Source: Verrucomicrobiota bacterium
GTDB taxonomy: Bacteria > Verrucomicrobiota > Verrucomicrobiia > Limisphaerales > SXQI01
Assembly: GCA_033762115.1 (NCBI GenBank)
Contig: JANRLX010000065.1
Span: forward strand, 1-19,587
Direction of reading: 5' to 3'
DNA length: 19,587 nt
Shown: positions 17,420 to 19,587 of the stretch, one piece after another
How positions within the stretch are numbered: the first letter of the stretch is position 1
Layout of the letters: each line of letters opens with the position of its first letter
Translations under genes and position numbers: made by a program
Notes under the pieces: generated by a model
What the model was told of the DNA's origin: nothing
The model's input: the letters and a program-made list of their open reading frames with translations, nothing else
Databases searched by the model: none

Positions 17420-18186
17420 CACTTATTTCCATTTTCAGCCGCCTGTGGCTGAGGGCTTTTCGCTTTCTTTTGGCCGGGGTTCTGATTCTGCAATTTAATC
17501 CCATTCCGGAGGTTTTTGCGTCGAGCCAGGGTGCTGAACTTGCGGAACTCACTTTCCAGGAGACGCGCGCGCTGTATCTGGTCTCGACCACAAATGAACT
17601 TTTTGCCACCCGCTTTGCCAAAGCGGCGTTCGATTGGGCGGAGTTTGCCACCCGCGATCGCGAACGGGAACAGATCGCCCAGCAGGGAATCGAAGCTGCC
17701 CGGAATGTCCTTCGCAGCAATAATAAAGCAGCGGCAGGGCATTACTGGCTGGCAATGAACCTGGGGCAACTGGCCCGCACCAAATCAATCGGAGCCTTGC
17801 CGCTGGTAAGCCAAATGGAAAAGGAGTTCCTTCGCGCAATTGAACTGGATGAAAAGCTGGATTTCGCAGGGCCGCATCGTTGCCTGGGAATTCTTTACCT
17901 GGAAGCGCCCGGCTGGCCGACGAGCATTGGAAATCGAAAAAAAGCGCGGAAACATCTGGAACGTTCGGTGGTTGTGGCACCGGAGTATCCAGATAACCAC
18001 CTCAGCCTGCTGGAAGCTTACGTGAAATGGAAAGAGAGCGAGAGGATCTACAGCGCGATGGCGTCCTACCGCAAAATCGTCCCGGGAGCACGTGAAACGT
18101 TCAAAGAAGATTTCTGGGCGATTCCCTGGGCGGACTGGGAACGTCGCTGGGGTAATATCCAGAGCGCAGCGATTGAAATGGAGTGA
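17410..18186 (+). CDS. Exported TPR-like helical protein (TRAP transporter TatT-component-like)
   Basis: Signal-like N-terminus, then GHYWLAMNLGQLA, AIELDEKLDFAGPHRCLGILYLEAPGWPTSIGNRKKARKHLERSVVVAPEYPDNHL. Start taken as ATG 17410 to avoid overlapping the divergent small gene. Confidence 0.7.
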   Translation: MVATLISIFSRLWLRAFRFLLAGVLILQFNPIPEVFASSQGAELAELTFQETRALYLVSTTNELFATRFAKAAFDWAEFATRDREREQIAQQGIEAARNVLRSNNKAAAGHYWLAMNLGQLARTKSIGALPLVSQMEKEFLRAIELDEKLDFAGPHRCLGILYLEAPGWPTSIGNRKKARKHLERSVVVAPEYPDNHLSLLEAYVKWKESERIYSAMASYRKIVPGARETFKEDFWAIPWADWERRWGNIQSAAIEME

Positions 18187-18280
18187 GACAGGTGATCGGG
18201 CGACCATTGAACTGTTGAGATTGGCGGTCCTTCGCTTGATTGACTTTGAATGGAAGGGGGGCAACACTTTGCATTGTTTT

Positions 18281-18643
18281 ATGCGTTGTTTGCCCTGGGT
18301 GGTCGCTCTTCTCCTCGCGGTTGGTTGCGCCAGTTCCAATTCCCAAAAGGAAGCGGAAATACGGCCACGCACCATTAAAGTCGAAGTGGCCCCTGACCCG
18401 GCAGCCATTCGACCAGCCAATCCACTGTCAGGGCGGATTGTTTCAGTGAATAATAAACTTCGTTTCGTGGTGATCGATTTTGCGAACAGCCGCCTTCCGG
18501 AGATTGACCAAAAACTGAGCGTCTATCGCAATGGGCAGAAACTTTCCGAAATCCGGATCACCGGGCCCTTTCGCAGCACCACCGTGGCGGCTGACATCCT
18601 AGTGGGAGAACCGCGGTTTGGGGATGATGTAAGACTCGATTAG
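18281..18643 (+). CDS. Hypothetical lipoprotein with small beta-rich domain
   Basis: MRCLPWVVALLLAVG-C lipobox, then GRIVSVNNKLRFVVIDF...LSVYRNGQKLSEIRITGP...ADILVGE...GDDVR. Confidence 0.78.
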   Translation: MRCLPWVVALLLAVGCASSNSQKEAEIRPRTIKVEVAPDPAAIRPANPLSGRIVSVNNKLRFVVIDFANSRLPEIDQKLSVYRNGQKLSEIRITGPFRSTTVAADILVGEPRFGDDVRLD

Positions 18644-18772
18644 GGGTCATTTCCGACCTAATCCATCCATTGACAAACTGTCATTCAATAAGGCGACCTG
18701 GGCAGTTTCAGGCAGCGATTGGAGCGGGTGGGGTGTAAAATGAACGTAAAATGCTCAAGTGGGAGGTAAAGC

Positions 18773-19462
18773 GTGGAGATTACAACAATCACATTTAGGA
18801 AAGTTGAAGGTAGAGACCCTGACAAAATGAATTCATTGGCAACGAGGTTCAATGGCCCATGGGTGCTCAGTATACCGTTTGAAACGCCGGAACATATTAA
18901 AATGGGAGCTTTCGACAGGGAGGTTTGTATCTATGGAGTAAAGCGGCCTATTAAACTGCAATTTCATGGAGAGAACAATTTGCGACGATTGCAAGCCATT
19001 GGCTTTGAAACTCATGACGAGGCAGAAAACCATTATCCTGTTTTTGAGGAACTCCTCATGAAACTAATGGTGGTAAAGCAGATTCCTATCAGAATCGCGG
19101 TTGAGGGTTCTGTGCAGTATTTCGATGATCCTTATGCAGCAACTAAAGCAGCAAGGACATCTAGGCTGGCCGGGCTTTTAGAACACCCAGAGGCAAGGAT
19201 TGATGGTTTCATGGATCCAGACACCTGCAACGTTTATCCAGAGGATAGCCAGTTACGCAGAACCAGAGTCGGGAGATGTTCAGTATCCGTAGGGTATGAA
19301 GGCCGGGATATTGCCGAGACGTTCAATACGAGATCACTGGAAAGGGGCGAAAAATTGTCCTATAAACTGCGTTTAGCTCTCGGATTGTGGCATTCTGTCC
19401 TTACGGCGCCTACTGACAGCTCGCGGCTGCTTTTTGCCTGTATGGCCCTAGCAGCCTGTTGA
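18773..19462 (+). pseudogene. Hypothetical protein (possible ApeA/HEPN-associated family), probably 3'-truncated by IS insertion
   Basis: GGAGGT Shine-Dalgarno 5 nt before GTG and A/T-ending codon bias unlike its neighbours. The stop TGA (19460-19462) lies within the putative IS terminal repeat. Confidence 0.62.
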
Positions 19463-19587
19463 AAAACGCCGCTGCGCCGATGCGCACGATTTAAGAAATT
19501 GGCACGAGTCGTGGTAACAGATTCACCGTGTTCGCCAAGAAACAAAAAGCCGCGCAGAGTGAGTTCTGGATCGCCACTCATCAGCTT
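19452..19587 (+). mobile_element. Left end of an IS1182/IS5-like insertion sequence, continuing beyond the window
   Basis: CTAG followed by CAGCCTGTTGAAAAA, resembling recalled IS1182-type termini, with an abrupt change in composition and a transposase-like ORF starting 76 nt inside. Confidence 0.7.
19528..19587 (+). CDS. N-terminus of putative transposase (partial)
   Basis: From GTG 19528, open to the window end: MFAKKQKAAQSEFWIATHQL. It resembles the K/R-rich Q.E.WIAT..L start of IS1182-like transposases as recalled; only 20 aa are visible. Confidence 0.6.
   Translation, partial: MFAKKQKAAQSEFWIATHQL

Noticed and set aside
17188..17769. Long mutually overlapping ORFs 17188+ and 17769-
   Set aside because: Better explained by two non-overlapping divergent genes starting at 17410 (+) and 17367 (-), each with its own signal peptide.
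1..19587. CRISPR arrays, tRNA/rRNA genes, T-box riboswitch before ilvN
   Set aside because: No spaced direct repeats or tRNA/rRNA signatures were seen by eye, and no T-box consensus (AGGGTGGTACCGCG-like) is present in the ilv leader.

Overview
Mostly core-genome DNA from a moderately GC-rich bacterium; the protein families suggest Verrucomicrobiota (Pedosphaera/Limisphaera-like), which is an inference. The left part holds a truncated secreted-protein gene missing from the ORF track and a tightly packed minus-strand run of panD, lpxD, a GHL10/DigH-like hydrolase and an hpnI-like glycosyltransferase. The middle holds a Gfo/Idh/MocA oxidoreductase, a 982-aa ABC-2-permease-like fusion protein, crcB divergent from an aldehyde dehydrogenase, psd, and ilvN-ilvC with no ilvB. 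The right part holds a minus-strand run (small lipoprotein, hpnH, SGNH hydrolase, galM, DUF3817), a TatT/TPR-like protein, a lipoprotein, and a foreign-looking gene cut by the end of an IS1182-like element. Two signals not in the ORF track stand out. First, an apparently complete valine-sensing transcription attenuator upstream of ilvN: promoter, leader peptide MNELVTVRRSVRVVVVD, competing hairpin and intrinsic terminator. Second, the IS insertion truncates a possible HEPN/ApeA-like gene.
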